Shown: positions 1-8,556, counted from the first letter of the stretch. The stretch is DNA of 20,000 nucleotides from an uncultured virus (IMG/VR IMGVR_UViG_3300030099_005341) (IMGVR_UViG_3300030099_005341), one strand, 5' to 3'. Made by a program: numbers and translations. Notes: generated by a model from the letters alone, not told the origin.

Positions 1-1071
1 CTTCCAACCATAGAGTTGGTTATATCCCACAACCATCTGGTCAACGAAGTCAGACTTCCCAGAGCTAGGTATGCCGGTAACAGTAATAAACTGACCGGTG
101 TAAGTACTGAAAATAGAATCAAAGTTTTTAAGTCCGATTTGAAATCCGGGCTTAAATCCATTTTTAACAAAGTCTTTAAGTTCATCTTCTATGTCTTTTA
201 AGGTTGATACATTTTCTAGTGGTACAGGGCGGGAAGTGTGTATAGCATTTTTGAGTGCATCACTACCGTGCTCTAACAAGAAGTCATTAGCGTCTTTTTG
301 TCCGTTGAAATCTACAAGATAACAAACTTCTGCTCCAAGACGTCTAACTAATTCTCGTTGTAGCATTTGACCTGGTTCGTCTTGATCTACCGCTAGAATT
401 ATTCTAGTTTTGTCGTCGAAATAATCTATACAATTATCTAAATAATCTAAATTATTATTGTTTAACGTAGCTCCATTAGGAACTGAAATAGCATTTGGTA
501 TACCGGCTTCGTGTAATGCTAACACATCCATTTCACCTTCAACAATAACACAGGTATCATAACCCACGATACTATTGATATTATAAAATACTTTTTCAGC
601 ACCTTTATAAAGCTTAAAGTTTTTTCTACCGTCACGGTATTTAACATTGATAAGTTGATCACCCATAAAGTAATTAAACTGTATTGTGTTTTCTTTCTTA
701 CCAGTTTGAGGCATAAACTCAGGACCTTCAGTTACCTGAAGATCTCTAAGTGTTTGCTTTGATATACCTCTTGTACCAAACCACGTTTCAACGTTTGTAC
801 TTACCTCATTAAATTGTTCTGGTGTTTCAGGTCTAATATAAACTCTTTCACTAGAACCTTTACGTTGGTATGTATGTAATTGAAATGTAGTGTTACAATT
901 GTGACATGTACCGAGACCACGTTCCCAATCATAGCTAGCACATTGTGCTTTCTGATTTTTAGGTTTCCTAGTATGAGAGCACAACGGGCATATACCTTGT
1001 GCTGCACCCTCTTTTAGGCCGTGTTGGTTGAATTTATCAACAACAAATCCATTGATCTCTTCTCTATTCAT
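1..1071 (-). CDS. Bifunctional DNA primase-helicase, T7 gp4/Twinkle-like (5' part; runs off the left edge)
   Basis: Not in the ORF track; translated by hand from the ATG at 1071, which overlaps the upstream TAA. MNREEINGF... contains a Zn finger (CPLC...CHNC), TOPRIM motifs (IVEGEMD, SVPNGA, AVDQD, KDANDFL) and a Walker A (VTGIPSSGKS) near the window edge. Confidence 0.93.
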   Translation of the reverse strand, partial: MNREEINGFVVDKFNQHGLKEGAAQGICPLCSHTRKPKNQKAQCASYDWERGLGTCHNCNTTFQLHTYQRKGSSERVYIRPETPEQFNEVSTNVETWFGTRGISKQTLRDLQVTEGPEFMPQTGKKENTIQFNYFMGDQLINVKYRDGRKNFKLYKGAEKVFYNINSIVGYDTCVIVEGEMDVLALHEAGIPNAISVPNGATLNNNNLDYLDNCIDYFDDKTRIILAVDQDEPGQMLQRELVRRLGAEVCYLVDFNGQKDANDFLLEHGSDALKNAIHTSRPVPLENVSTLKDIEDELKDFVKNGFKPGFQIGLKNFDSIFSTYTGQFITVTGIPSSGKSDFVDQMVVGYNQLYGWK

Positions 1072-1379
1072 TAAAACGGTAAGTCTTCATCAGCCGCAGC
1101 AGGAGCAGGTGCCGGTGCTGATTGATTATCCATTGGAGCTCTGTCAACATTGTTGCCATCAGTCCAAACTACTTTAACATTACCAAGGTAAGTCTTAGCT
1201 GCTTTAGCATCTCTTTCTTCCTTAGTTTGTTCAACTACAACTGGGCCTTGATTACCAAACTGATCTGGTTCGTTGTTCAGTGTAATTGTAATTGGTAAGT
1301 ATTTACCTTTTTTACCAGTAAAGATTTTATCTTTAGGTATGTTATTAAGGTTAATACTAGTTTTAATAATACTTGCCAT
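1071..1379 (-). CDS. Putative ssDNA-binding protein
   Basis: 102 aa with a beta-rich core (KGKYLPITITLN...YLGNVKVVW), a flexible PA linker and an acidic DEDLPF tail typical of SSBs. Lies between the recombinase and primase genes. Confidence 0.65.
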   Translation of the reverse strand: MASIIKTSINLNNIPKDKIFTGKKGKYLPITITLNNEPDQFGNQGPVVVEQTKEERDAKAAKTYLGNVKVVWTDGNNVDRAPMDNQSAPAPAPAAADEDLPF

Positions 1380-1381
1380 AA

Positions 1382-1537
1382 TTAATAATTATTTATTTGG
1401 TTAAACATTCTTTTTAATTGTTTTTTTGTAACATTAGTATTTCTTCTAATATTATCTACAGCCTTTAAATGACTTTGGTTTTTGTAGAAATTATTAGTAC
1501 TAGTCTTTACACCTGTTACATCACATACTTTTTTCAT
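1382..1537 (-). CDS. Small hypothetical protein (51 aa)
   Basis: Hand-translated MKKVCDVTGVKTSTNNFYKNQSHLKAVDNIRR...; fills the gap between co-directional genes. Confidence 0.65.
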   Translation of the reverse strand: MKKVCDVTGVKTSTNNFYKNQSHLKAVDNIRRNTNVTKKQLKRMFNQINNY

Positions 1538-1546
1538 AGAATAGGT

Positions 1547-2278
1547 TTAAAGGGTTTTGCTTATGAAATACTGTTTAGGATCAAACTCCTTAGTCTTATA
1601 AAACAAGTCATAAGCTTCACTTGCTTTACTCACTTTTTCTTCTCCACGTTCATAAAACTGTGGTGAACAGTCGAACATACCAATTTGATGGGTGTTCTTA
1701 TCTATAACTATAAATAACATTTCATATCCAAACAACTTGCTATAGATATACGCTTGTGAATCATAGTTAAATTTAGACGCTGACCATTGAAACTTCTCAA
1801 TGTCTGCTGTTGTTTTTAAGTCAATAATTAGTTTTTCATCGTGGTTAACAATATCTGCCTTACCTTTCCATTTGTTATTAAATAACTCTGTAATCATGGG
1901 TACTTCATACTCAACATTACCTAGCTGTATAAGATCTCTACATATATCGTTAGCCATAACTTTTTCTCTCATCAACTCAATCGCATCTACTTCGTGTTGA
2001 AGTAAACAAAGCTCACCACCACTAACATCTTTGTATTCTTTAGTATTTCTAGTGGTTGATTTCACAATTTTAAACCTATCTATTTTATCTGGTTCTAATA
2101 TACATGTGTGAAAATATCCACCAACTAAAAATGCTGGTGATGGTTTGCTAGGTTCAAAAGCTCTTAACGGGTCTTTTAATAATTTACCTACGTGAGAGTT
2201 AGATAAAAATTGATTACCAAAATCACCGTAATATTCTTCGTCGTTTCTAAGCTTTTGTAATATCTTTTCTTTGTTCAT
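1547..2278 (-). CDS. PD-(D/E)XK exonuclease (RecE/exonuclease VIII, DUF3799-like)
   Basis: Motifs LSNS, G.YFHTCILEP, KGKADIV...IIDLKTT and YDSQAYIY; adjacent to an ERF annealase. Confidence 0.85.
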   Translation of the reverse strand: MNKEKILQKLRNDEEYYGDFGNQFLSNSHVGKLLKDPLRAFEPSKPSPAFLVGGYFHTCILEPDKIDRFKIVKSTTRNTKEYKDVSGGELCLLQHEVDAIELMREKVMANDICRDLIQLGNVEYEVPMITELFNNKWKGKADIVNHDEKLIIDLKTTADIEKFQWSASKFNYDSQAYIYSKLFGYEMLFIVIDKNTHQIGMFDCSPQFYERGEEKVSKASEAYDLFYKTKEFDPKQYFISKTL

Positions 2279-2798
2279 CTGTTATTTTATATTTAGATTC
2301 AATAGCTTGAATATTACCTCCCGCTTTTATATATTCTTTAGCTTTAGTTATTTGTTCTTTAGTTATAGCTGGTTTAGCAGCTTGTTTAATTTTGTTTACA
2401 GCTTTAGATTTACCATTGTTAGTTGCATCACTATCTTGCGTGTCATCAATTAAGAATAAATTACCTAAAGCGTACTTCTTTCCATAAGAAGATGCTGCAC
2501 CAAACTTCTGTGGCATTTGCATACCTTTTGCACTCATATCAACTCCAACAACAGCTGAAGCGTCTAATTCATTTTCTCCATCAGATATTATTGCTGTTGT
2601 TTTTAGTATTGGACAAGGATCTATTTGTATTAGATCTTCTTTAACAACAACACTGACACCTAATTGCAATAAAAAAGGCTTTGTAGCCTCTAATATATCT
2701 TCAGCTGATCTGAAGTAGTATTTACCAAACGAATTATACCTAGACTTTTTAGATTTAAACTTCGTTTGTATGTTTGCTAATTTTTCATTTATTGTCAT
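2247..2798 (-). CDS. erf: ERF-family single-strand annealing protein
   Basis: N-terminal KLANIQ...YNSFGKYYFRSAEDILEA and the ERF signature QKFGAASSYGKKYALGNLFLIDD..DSD. Confidence 0.9.
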   Translation of the reverse strand: MTINEKLANIQTKFKSKKSRYNSFGKYYFRSAEDILEATKPFLLQLGVSVVVKEDLIQIDPCPILKTTAIISDGENELDASAVVGVDMSAKGMQMPQKFGAASSYGKKYALGNLFLIDDTQDSDATNNGKSKAVNKIKQAAKPAITKEQITKAKEYIKAGGNIQAIESKYKITDEQRKDITKA

Positions 2799-2821
2799 AT
2801 TATTTTATTTTATTCTATATA

Positions 2822-2852
2822 TATAATTACATATTTGTTATACGCTTTTAAA
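2822..2852 (-). promoter_or_regulatory. Candidate middle/late promoter (TTTAAA-N15-TGTAATTATA)
   Basis: Intergenic between the sigma and ERF genes; resembles TTTAAA-N14-TGTGATTATA at 13183-13212 (+). Only two copies, in AT-rich DNA. Confidence 0.4.
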
Positions 2853-2870
2853 CTTATTTTTCGCTCTAAC

Positions 2871-3620
2871 TTACAGAAAATCAATCACTTGCGAGTGATC
2901 TACATTCTCTATTAATTTGTCTACAGCTTGCTTTTTTAACTGTGAAACACGCACGTAAGAACTACTACCTTCCATACCTAATTTAGCTGCAATTTCACTA
3001 GCAGAATGCTTGTCACAATCAAGACCATAACTAAGTCTTAGTACTTCATATTCTTTATCATTTAAGTGTTGTTTTAATAAACTTTTTAAATAAGAGTTTA
3101 ATAACACTTGGTTATATGGTTCTGATTCATCAGGTATTTGAAACACTAAATCATCTTGACCTTTAGCATCTATACTTAAGAATATAGAGTTAAAGAACAT
3201 TGATACAGCTTTTTTGTCTTTACTTTTTCTCATGCTATTTGTAACGTGTTCAGGTATTCTTATTGAACCTCTATTTATATCTATAGCTCTACGTATTGCT
3301 CCTCGTATTCTTTTAGACAAGAAACTTTTTAATGTTTTTTCTTGATCTTCAGATTTTTCTAATGTGTCTTTATCTAATCTATCAATAGCTTTGATTAATC
3401 CTATACTTCCTTCTTGTATGAAATCCATAACAGTCATTACACCACTAGCTTGTTGTGATGTAGCAAACTTTCTAGCTAAGTTTTCTACCAACGGTAAAAA
3501 TAACGTTGTTAATTCTTCTTTAGAATAATCTGTCCAACTGTTTTGTTTTTTAACTCTTTTAATTGCTGATGTAACGTCAGCTTTATATTTTATATAGTTT
3601 GGTATATTATAGTATTTCAT
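2871..3620 (-). CDS. Phage-encoded sigma70-family RNA polymerase sigma factor
   Basis: Region 2 (LVENLARKF...DFIQEGSIGLIKAIDR, RIRGAIRRAI), IRIPEHV, and a region 4 HTH (LNDKEYEVLRLSYGL...EIAAKLG...VRVSQLKKQA). Confidence 0.92.
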   Translation of the reverse strand: MKYYNIPNYIKYKADVTSAIKRVKKQNSWTDYSKEELTTLFLPLVENLARKFATSQQASGVMTVMDFIQEGSIGLIKAIDRLDKDTLEKSEDQEKTLKSFLSKRIRGAIRRAIDINRGSIRIPEHVTNSMRKSKDKKAVSMFFNSIFLSIDAKGQDDLVFQIPDESEPYNQVLLNSYLKSLLKQHLNDKEYEVLRLSYGLDCDKHSASEIAAKLGMEGSSSYVRVSQLKKQAVDKLIENVDHSQVIDFL

Positions 3621-4053
3621 TGTTTTGTTCTTTATAAATTAGTTCTAATGTTGAGGGCCAATCTAAACATCTCTGTGCAGTGCCGAACCACAACCATGTA
3701 CCTTTAAAATCTGGTTGGCCTCGCCATCTACTGTCATCAATAAGTATATCGCCTATTAATAGATCTTTTCTATGTGTTAATATTAATTTACGTTTTAACC
3801 ATGGAAAATGTTCAGCTAACCATTCACGTTTAGCTGACCACATATCTGGTCTATCCCATGGAGGAGTTGAAGCTATGTATATATCAAAATCTTGATTTAG
3901 CTTTATAAGTGCTTCTTGTGCACCCGGCATAAGCTCTAGATTTCTATAGTCTACATATTTATCAGGTCTGTGTGTATAACCGCCATCATCTGCTGCTTTC
4001 TTAAAATTAGCTATAACACCGTCCATATCTATATATATTATTTTTTTATTCAT
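3607..4053 (-). CDS. 5'(3')-deoxyribonucleotidase (NT5C, HAD superfamily)
   Basis: IYIDMDGV motif I, ASTPPW, KREWL..HF, K..L.GDILIDD. Start moved to the ATG at 4053, which overlaps the upstream stop as ATGA. Confidence 0.9.
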   Translation of the reverse strand: MNKKIIYIDMDGVIANFKKAADDGGYTHRPDKYVDYRNLELMPGAQEALIKLNQDFDIYIASTPPWDRPDMWSAKREWLAEHFPWLKRKLILTHRKDLLIGDILIDDSRWRGQPDFKGTWLWFGTAQRCLDWPSTLELIYKEQNNEIL

Positions 4054-4667
4054 ATCTGTTTGTTTAATAATTCTTTTTCTCTTTTTAAATCTGCACACAT
4101 ATTTCTATGTATTGTTCTACTTGAGCAGTCTAATAGACCTGCTATTCTAGCAATAGTAATTTTCTTACCCATGTCATGCATATCTATCATACACTGGTAT
4201 ATATCATCTGCATGTATACGTTTTGTTCTACCTATCAACTCGCCAACTATACGTAGTTTTTCTTCTTTACTAACTCTAGTAAACGGTTTAAATATAACCT
4301 TACGTAGTTTATTTCTAGGCGGCTTATCTAAATCTAACATACTAACCTCATATACTATCTTGCGTAGCAGGTCAGCGTGTATAGCAAAACTGACGAAGCC
4401 ATTGTCCTTGTGAGATATAACCTCTGCCAGTCTCATGAACTGATCTTGGTCAAGATCTGGGTTTAAATACCATAGTACTAACAAGTGCCACTTGAGAGAT
4501 TTGTATGTAGTAATTTTAGCTTTACTTCTAAATAATTCATAACATTCGTAAGTACCATTTACATAAAAAGAATATACTTCATTATCAATATCTGGCTTAT
4601 CATTAATAGGATGTCTTCTATATACGATGCGATTGTTATTTAAATAATTTAAATTTCTTTGTGACAT
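4050..4667 (-). CDS. Putative DNA-binding protein with C-terminal HTH
   Basis: 205 aa; the C-terminal KITIARIAGLLDCSSRTIHRN fits a helix-turn-helix. Its start codon lies inside a TGTGACA...TGTCACA inverted repeat. Confidence 0.7.
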   Translation of the reverse strand: MSQRNLNYLNNNRIVYRRHPINDKPDIDNEVYSFYVNGTYECYELFRSKAKITTYKSLKWHLLVLWYLNPDLDQDQFMRLAEVISHKDNGFVSFAIHADLLRKIVYEVSMLDLDKPPRNKLRKVIFKPFTRVSKEEKLRIVGELIGRTKRIHADDIYQCMIDMHDMGKKITIARIAGLLDCSSRTIHRNMCADLKREKELLNKQI

Positions 4668-4705
4668 TAGGGTATTACTATTTATTATTAGGGGCTGTTG
4701 TCACA
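4660..4705. promoter_or_regulatory. Inverted-repeat operator-like site TGTGACA-N32-TGTCACA
   Basis: TGTGACA at 4660-4666 and TGTCACA at 4699-4705. A related site at 12574-12620 shares TGACATTAG...GGCT..TGTCACA. Confidence 0.6.
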
Positions 4706-4815
4706 GTCCCCTGGTTTCTTGGTTTTAATTTTGCTATTATTATTCTTGTTTCATTATCATTAGGATATTTAATTTTATTAAATTCCTCAATACGTTTCTT
4801 TAGGTCTTTGTTCAT
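4678..4815 (-). CDS. Small hypothetical protein (45 aa)
   Basis: Hand-translated MNKDLKKRIEEFNKIKYP...APNNK*; fills the gap in the operon. Confidence 0.5.
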   Translation of the reverse strand: MNKDLKKRIEEFNKIKYPNDNETRIIIAKLKPRNQGTVTTAPNNK

Positions 4816-5269
4816 ATAATTTTTCGGTTTTAGGGTTTGCTACTATGTGTTTCTCGCCTATGTAATAATTCCAATAAGCTTGTACACTACATTTATCTTT
4901 ATATTCATCTGGCATTGCTTGTGGTGGTTGTGTAAAACCATTATCATATATACCACCTGGTACATATTTTAACACGTCAGCACATTTAGTTATTGATAAA
5001 TGTATTTTACCATAACGTTTATTGTACTCACGACCTAAAGCAATCATGTGATTATATAACCATTCATAATGAGGTTTAGATTGTCTACACCATATAGTTG
5101 ATGGATGGTTCTTGTGAGCTATTTTGTAAGGTACATCTTTACCATGTATATCTACATGATGAGCAGTACATAGCATTTGAGCTGACTCAAGTATCATCTT
5201 AACCACATGTTTATTATATTGTAGTCTAGCTGCTTTATCAGGGCATTTGTCTAAGTAAAATATATTCAT
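4787..5269 (-). CDS. Pyrimidine dimer DNA glycosylase/endonuclease V-like family protein
   Basis: MNIFYLD...KHVVKMILESAQMLCTAH, YK.AHKNHPSTIW, EYNKRYGKIH and PPQAMPDEYK...AY..YY match the widespread phage MNIF/HxNHP family, usually annotated as DenV-like. Confidence 0.75.
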   Translation of the reverse strand: MNIFYLDKCPDKAARLQYNKHVVKMILESAQMLCTAHHVDIHGKDVPYKIAHKNHPSTIWCRQSKPHYEWLYNHMIALGREYNKRYGKIHLSITKCADVLKYVPGGIYDNGFTQPPQAMPDEYKDKCSVQAYWNYYIGEKHIVANPKTEKLYEQRPKETY

Positions 5270-5370
5270 GATTGTTCTTTAATTATTTTTTCTAATACTT
5301 TAACTAGTTTAGTTATAGCCTTTGTTAATTGGCTAATGTCTCTATAAAATTGTTGTTCATTTCTATTCAT
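5266..5370 (-). CDS. Small hypothetical protein (34 aa)
   Basis: MNRNEQQFYRDISQLTKAITKLVKVLEKIIKEQS; its start overlaps the ligase 3' end and its stop overlaps the next ATG. The longer track start lies inside the ligase gene. Confidence 0.5.
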   Translation of the reverse strand: MNRNEQQFYRDISQLTKAITKLVKVLEKIIKEQS

Positions 5371-6298
5371 AATCTCTAATACATTTAAAAAATGGGTGTC
5401 TGTAGCTATTAGCTTTAGTTCTCTCAAAGAATGTAAAGGTAGCTGTTGCTTTGTGATCCACATACCACTGAGCTTTGTGTAATAAAGCTCTAAGATCTTT
5501 GTAGTTATAACCTTTACCTGGTGGACAACCGAATCTAATACCTTCTGAGTCTATCATAAGGAATTTACCTAACGTGCCTTTACGTTTACCTTTACCTTCG
5601 ACAAAACCTACAATAGTAGCCTCTGCGTCGTGAAAGTCTTTAAATTTTTGTAAATTGTAAGAACGTTTTTGTTCGTATAAGGCATTTTTTCTTAGTATAG
5701 TACCTTCGTAGCCTGTAGATAGGTTATTCTTGTGTAAATCTTCAGCGTGAGACTTAGAATATACTAATCCATATTTAAGTACTTCAATAGATGGAGATCT
5801 ATGTGGTAAGCCTTGTAGCTGTTGAGCCCACGGTGTTGTGTGAAAGTCATTTTTGATATAAGCATTTCTAGTTGCAAAATCATAATGTTCATTTTCTTGT
5901 TCTGGTATAAAGTCATAACAATAAAACTTAATCTTTTCTGCAGCTTCTTTTCTATGCTCGTCTGTTGGTTTTGTTTTTCTAACAAGAGATATTATTTTCT
6001 CGAAGTCATCTTTTAGTTCGTGATTGTACAATTCGCCATCAAGAACTCTATTAGGATATTTTTGAAAATAAAACTTAAGTTGTTCAAGTATATGATTTAC
6101 ATTTTTAAACTCTTTACCTGTACGTGAATATGCTACAACTACATCTTCTCTTGGTTGTGTTCTTCTTTCATATTGTATTAAACATCTAACACCATCAAGC
6201 TTTGGTTGTACATATATACCTTGTCTGTATTCTATCTCTGTTATTGGTTTTTTACTAGCGTTGTAAGCTAGCATAGGTTTTACTTTTAATTTACTCAT
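5363..6298 (-). CDS. ATP-dependent DNA ligase
   Basis: KPMLA, motif I QPKLDGVRC, LDGELY, YCYD, GYEGTILR, KRSYNLQKFK, and an OB fold ending in YRHPFF..IRDYE. Confidence 0.95.
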   Translation of the reverse strand: MSKLKVKPMLAYNASKKPITEIEYRQGIYVQPKLDGVRCLIQYERRTQPREDVVVAYSRTGKEFKNVNHILEQLKFYFQKYPNRVLDGELYNHELKDDFEKIISLVRKTKPTDEHRKEAAEKIKFYCYDFIPEQENEHYDFATRNAYIKNDFHTTPWAQQLQGLPHRSPSIEVLKYGLVYSKSHAEDLHKNNLSTGYEGTILRKNALYEQKRSYNLQKFKDFHDAEATIVGFVEGKGKRKGTLGKFLMIDSEGIRFGCPPGKGYNYKDLRALLHKAQWYVDHKATATFTFFERTKANSYRHPFFKCIRDYE

Positions 6299-6584
6299 TA
6301 CTTAATTTTGTTTTTAATCTTTTTATCATTTTGTTAATGATTGCACATTTCTCATATTCTTCTCTGTCTTGAAACATGTTCATTATAGTCATTAGTTTAG
6401 CTAGTTCACCAACGTCTTTGTCTTCGTCTGTCATATCTAGCTTGTCGTAGTCTTTTGATAGTTTAGCTGCGTGCATTGCGTCATGCCAATCTAACATACT
6501 TTGTAGATTAACTATTTTAGCGACAACTTTGTTAGCTATTTTATCACAAAGTCTATCAAAATTTTCTTGTTCTTCTTTATTCAT
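6291..6584 (-). CDS. Hypothetical protein with C-terminal UVR-like motif
   Basis: The C-terminal EEYEKCAIINKMIKRL resembles the UvrB/UvrC coiled-coil motif. First gene after a conserved promoter copy. Confidence 0.65.
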   Translation of the reverse strand: MNKEEQENFDRLCDKIANKVVAKIVNLQSMLDWHDAMHAAKLSKDYDKLDMTDEDKDVGELAKLMTIMNMFQDREEYEKCAIINKMIKRLKTKLSNE

Positions 6585-6600
6585 ATATTTATATTTATAT

Positions 6601-6632
6601 TATTATCCTTGCTCGATCGTATTTAGCATGTA
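6601..6632 (-). promoter_or_regulatory. Conserved phage early-promoter motif, copy 1
   Basis: Minus strand TACATGCTAAATACGATCGAGCAAGGATAATA; same 32-bp layout as six other copies. Confidence 0.8.
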
Positions 6633-6965
6633 TTTATCTAATAGTTTTTGTGGTTCACCTACGAATATACACTCAAAGTCATCACCGTTACCCATACCTT
6701 CAAATATACTTATCCACGTTGTTTTACCTGGTGTCTGCCATATATAATATATATATTCTAAATCACCGTGTTTTGTGTCAAGGTATTCTATTTCCCATCC
6801 TTCTACCTTCATTGAATCTAACAATGACTCTGCTATTTCTACACCTAATCCTTCTGGATAACCATCACTATGATTATAGAACTGTGCGTGTATTTGTTTT
6901 GGATGTTCACTAAACGATACTCCTTCTTCTCGTGTAGCAAATCTAATTTGTGCTCTTGTACTCAT
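6603..6965 (-). CDS. Conserved phage hypothetical protein (MSTR...YxHxDGYP type)
   Basis: MSTRAQI...FYNHSDGYPEGLG...HGDLEYIY. Start set at 6965 (TAATG overlap). Confidence 0.8.
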   Translation of the reverse strand: MSTRAQIRFATREEGVSFSEHPKQIHAQFYNHSDGYPEGLGVEIAESLLDSMKVEGWEIEYLDTKHGDLEYIYYIWQTPGKTTWISIFEGMGNGDDFECIFVGEPQKLLDKYMLNTIEQG

Positions 6966-7054
6966 TATTCTTTCCATTTAGTTTTGGTAAAACAATCTAT
7001 AATACAAACTATTATAAATAGTAACCAAAAAATTGTTATTATATTTATTTCCAT
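6965..7054 (-). CDS. Small membrane peptide (29 aa)
   Basis: MEINIITIFWLLFIIVCIIDCFTKTKWKE; TAATG overlaps at both ends. Confidence 0.55.
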   Translation of the reverse strand: MEINIITIFWLLFIIVCIIDCFTKTKWKE

Positions 7055-7320
7055 TAATCTAATAATACATAGTATGCATCAGGGTTATTTTTTCTAAACC
7101 AGTCAAGACCTTTTCTAAGTTCATTGACTATTTTAGGATTAGTGTTAAAACCTCTCATTTCATACACCATTGTAGCACCCATTATAAAATCATACATGGA
7201 TAACTCTATATTATTTAATTCATATTCCTCTCCTGAAAATCTGTTTTGAACAGTATTTCCTCTACTATAAACAGTTCCTTTGAACCATTTAGGTAATTCT
7301 TGTTTAGTTTTCGTTTTCAT
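7054..7320 (-). CDS. Hypothetical phage protein
   Basis: 88-aa ORF in a tightly packed operon (V.NRFSGE..EL...ELS.YD...GLDWFR.NNP.AY.VLLD). Confidence 0.8.
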   Translation of the reverse strand: MKTKTKQELPKWFKGTVYSRGNTVQNRFSGEEYELNNIELSMYDFIMGATMVYEMRGFNTNPKIVNELRKGLDWFRKNNPDAYYVLLD

Positions 7321-7582
7321 AATATTTTTCTTTTAATGTTTCTATAATATGTCTACCTGATGCCGTGTGAAAACCATAACTATGTGTATGTAATTCGGGT
7401 ATTGGATCATTAAAGAACAATAACTTCATTAGATCTATTGGTTTTACACTTACAAACTCATTGTGCTTAAACTCTTCATACATATCGTTACAGGCAGCGG
7501 CGATAGCTTCTGTATTGTGTCTTATTTCTTCATCTGTTCGCCAAGACAGGTATTCTTTTACCTTTTTACTTGTTAATTTCAT
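7304..7582 (-). CDS. Hypothetical protein
   Basis: 92-aa ORF overlapping both neighbours in the same direction. Confidence 0.75.
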   Translation of the reverse strand: MKLTSKKVKEYLSWRTDEEIRHNTEAIAAACNDMYEEFKHNEFVSVKPIDLMKLLFFNDPIPELHTHSYGFHTASGRHIIETLKEKYYENEN

Positions 7583-7838
7583 TTATTATTAATTTAAATT
7601 CTTTATATTTATCTTGTTTTAATCTTTCTTTAGCATATTCAATAGGATTCTTTTGATGAGTTTTAAATGAACAATAACTATCTGGTCCATCTTCTAGTAT
7701 CTCTACGTTACCATAACCTGGCCAGTGTTTGTTATTACTAAGTGTAACTATTATTTCTTTTCTAACAGGTACATTTGAATGGTCCATGTTAAACCATATA
7801 TGCTTTAAAGCTTCTCTATGTTTTCTTATTTTATCCAT
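7566..7838 (-). CDS. Hypothetical protein
   Basis: Start reassigned to MDKIRK (ATG 7838, A-rich context); the track's GTG start at 7898 falls inside the structured RNA region. Confidence 0.7.
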   Translation of the reverse strand: MDKIRKHREALKHIWFNMDHSNVPVRKEIIVTLSNNKHWPGYGNVEILEDGPDSYCSFKTHQKNPIEYAKERLKQDKYKEFKLIINEINK

Positions 7839-7860
7839 AATTATATTTTTTAAGTAAAAA

Positions 7861-8141
7861 CGAGGGTTAGTGCCGTTCGGTGCGAGCCTAGGAGACACTT
7901 ACTAGTACACTACCTGTCGTCTTTATATTTTTTATATTTACGAGGTCGGGCAGGTGTGGTTCTTGTTATGCGGGGAATCTAAACATTAAGACCGCCGACT
8001 AATAAACATTTGCTTTATCCTGCCGTTTCGCCAAGTGAGTAAGATGAAATAACTTGTTCACTGTGGGCTCACTTCTGAACGAAGTTACATCGCCTCCCCA
8101 AATTATTCCTACACGTCTCACGCGCTACCACCCTCACCTCG
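7861..8141 (-). ncRNA. Candidate large structured non-coding RNA (unclassified)
   Basis: About 46% GC (hand count, 7861-8150) with no credible ORF. Terminal pairings 7862-7867/8130-8135 and 7892-7896/8115-8119, several internal helices and two potential pseudoknots. Strand inferred from flanking genes and a minus-strand U-tract, not certain. Confidence 0.7.
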
Positions 8142-8154
8142 TGTGTATAGCATT

Positions 8155-8535
8155 TTATGCTTTGTTTAATTGCTCGTTTGTTGGCTCGTCTTCTGGACAA
8201 TCAACCTCTTTAAATAAGTTATGCACTTTTTCAACTATCATTTCAGTTAATTCGTAAGTGTCATTTAAGTCTATACTTTCCAGTTGTACTCTACCATCAT
8301 AATCAAGACTAAAGTCAACTTCATAGCTGTCAGCATCACTGAAACTATAGTTTTCAACAGCTTTCTCAATAGCTTCTTGAATGTCATCAAGTTGAGCTGG
8401 TGTTAATGCTGGTTTATTGTAGTCATCTATTTGCTTTTGCAATATAGATATTTGTTGCTTATAATCATTTAGTTTGTCGTTAGTTTCGTTTTGTAAAAGC
8501 TCTAACGCAGCTTTTTTGTTTTCTAATTCTTGCAT
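8155..8535 (-). CDS. Hypothetical acidic coiled-coil protein
   Basis: ORF from the track. Start probably MQELENK (8535), because the ATG at 8553 lies only 4 nt from the promoter -10 element. Confidence 0.75.
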   Translation of the reverse strand: MQELENKKAALELLQNETNDKLNDYKQQISILQKQIDDYNKPALTPAQLDDIQEAIEKAVENYSFSDADSYEVDFSLDYDGRVQLESIDLNDTYELTEMIVEKVHNLFKEVDCPEDEPTNEQLNKA

Positions 8536-8556
8536 ATTATTTAATTTAATCATTTG

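Noticed and set aside
7861..8141. tmRNA, RNase P RNA, group I/II intron or retron msr-msd
   Set aside because: No GGGG...CCA TLD, no GAGGAAAGUCC, no recognisable P7/domain V, it does not interrupt a gene, and there is no reverse transcriptase in the window.
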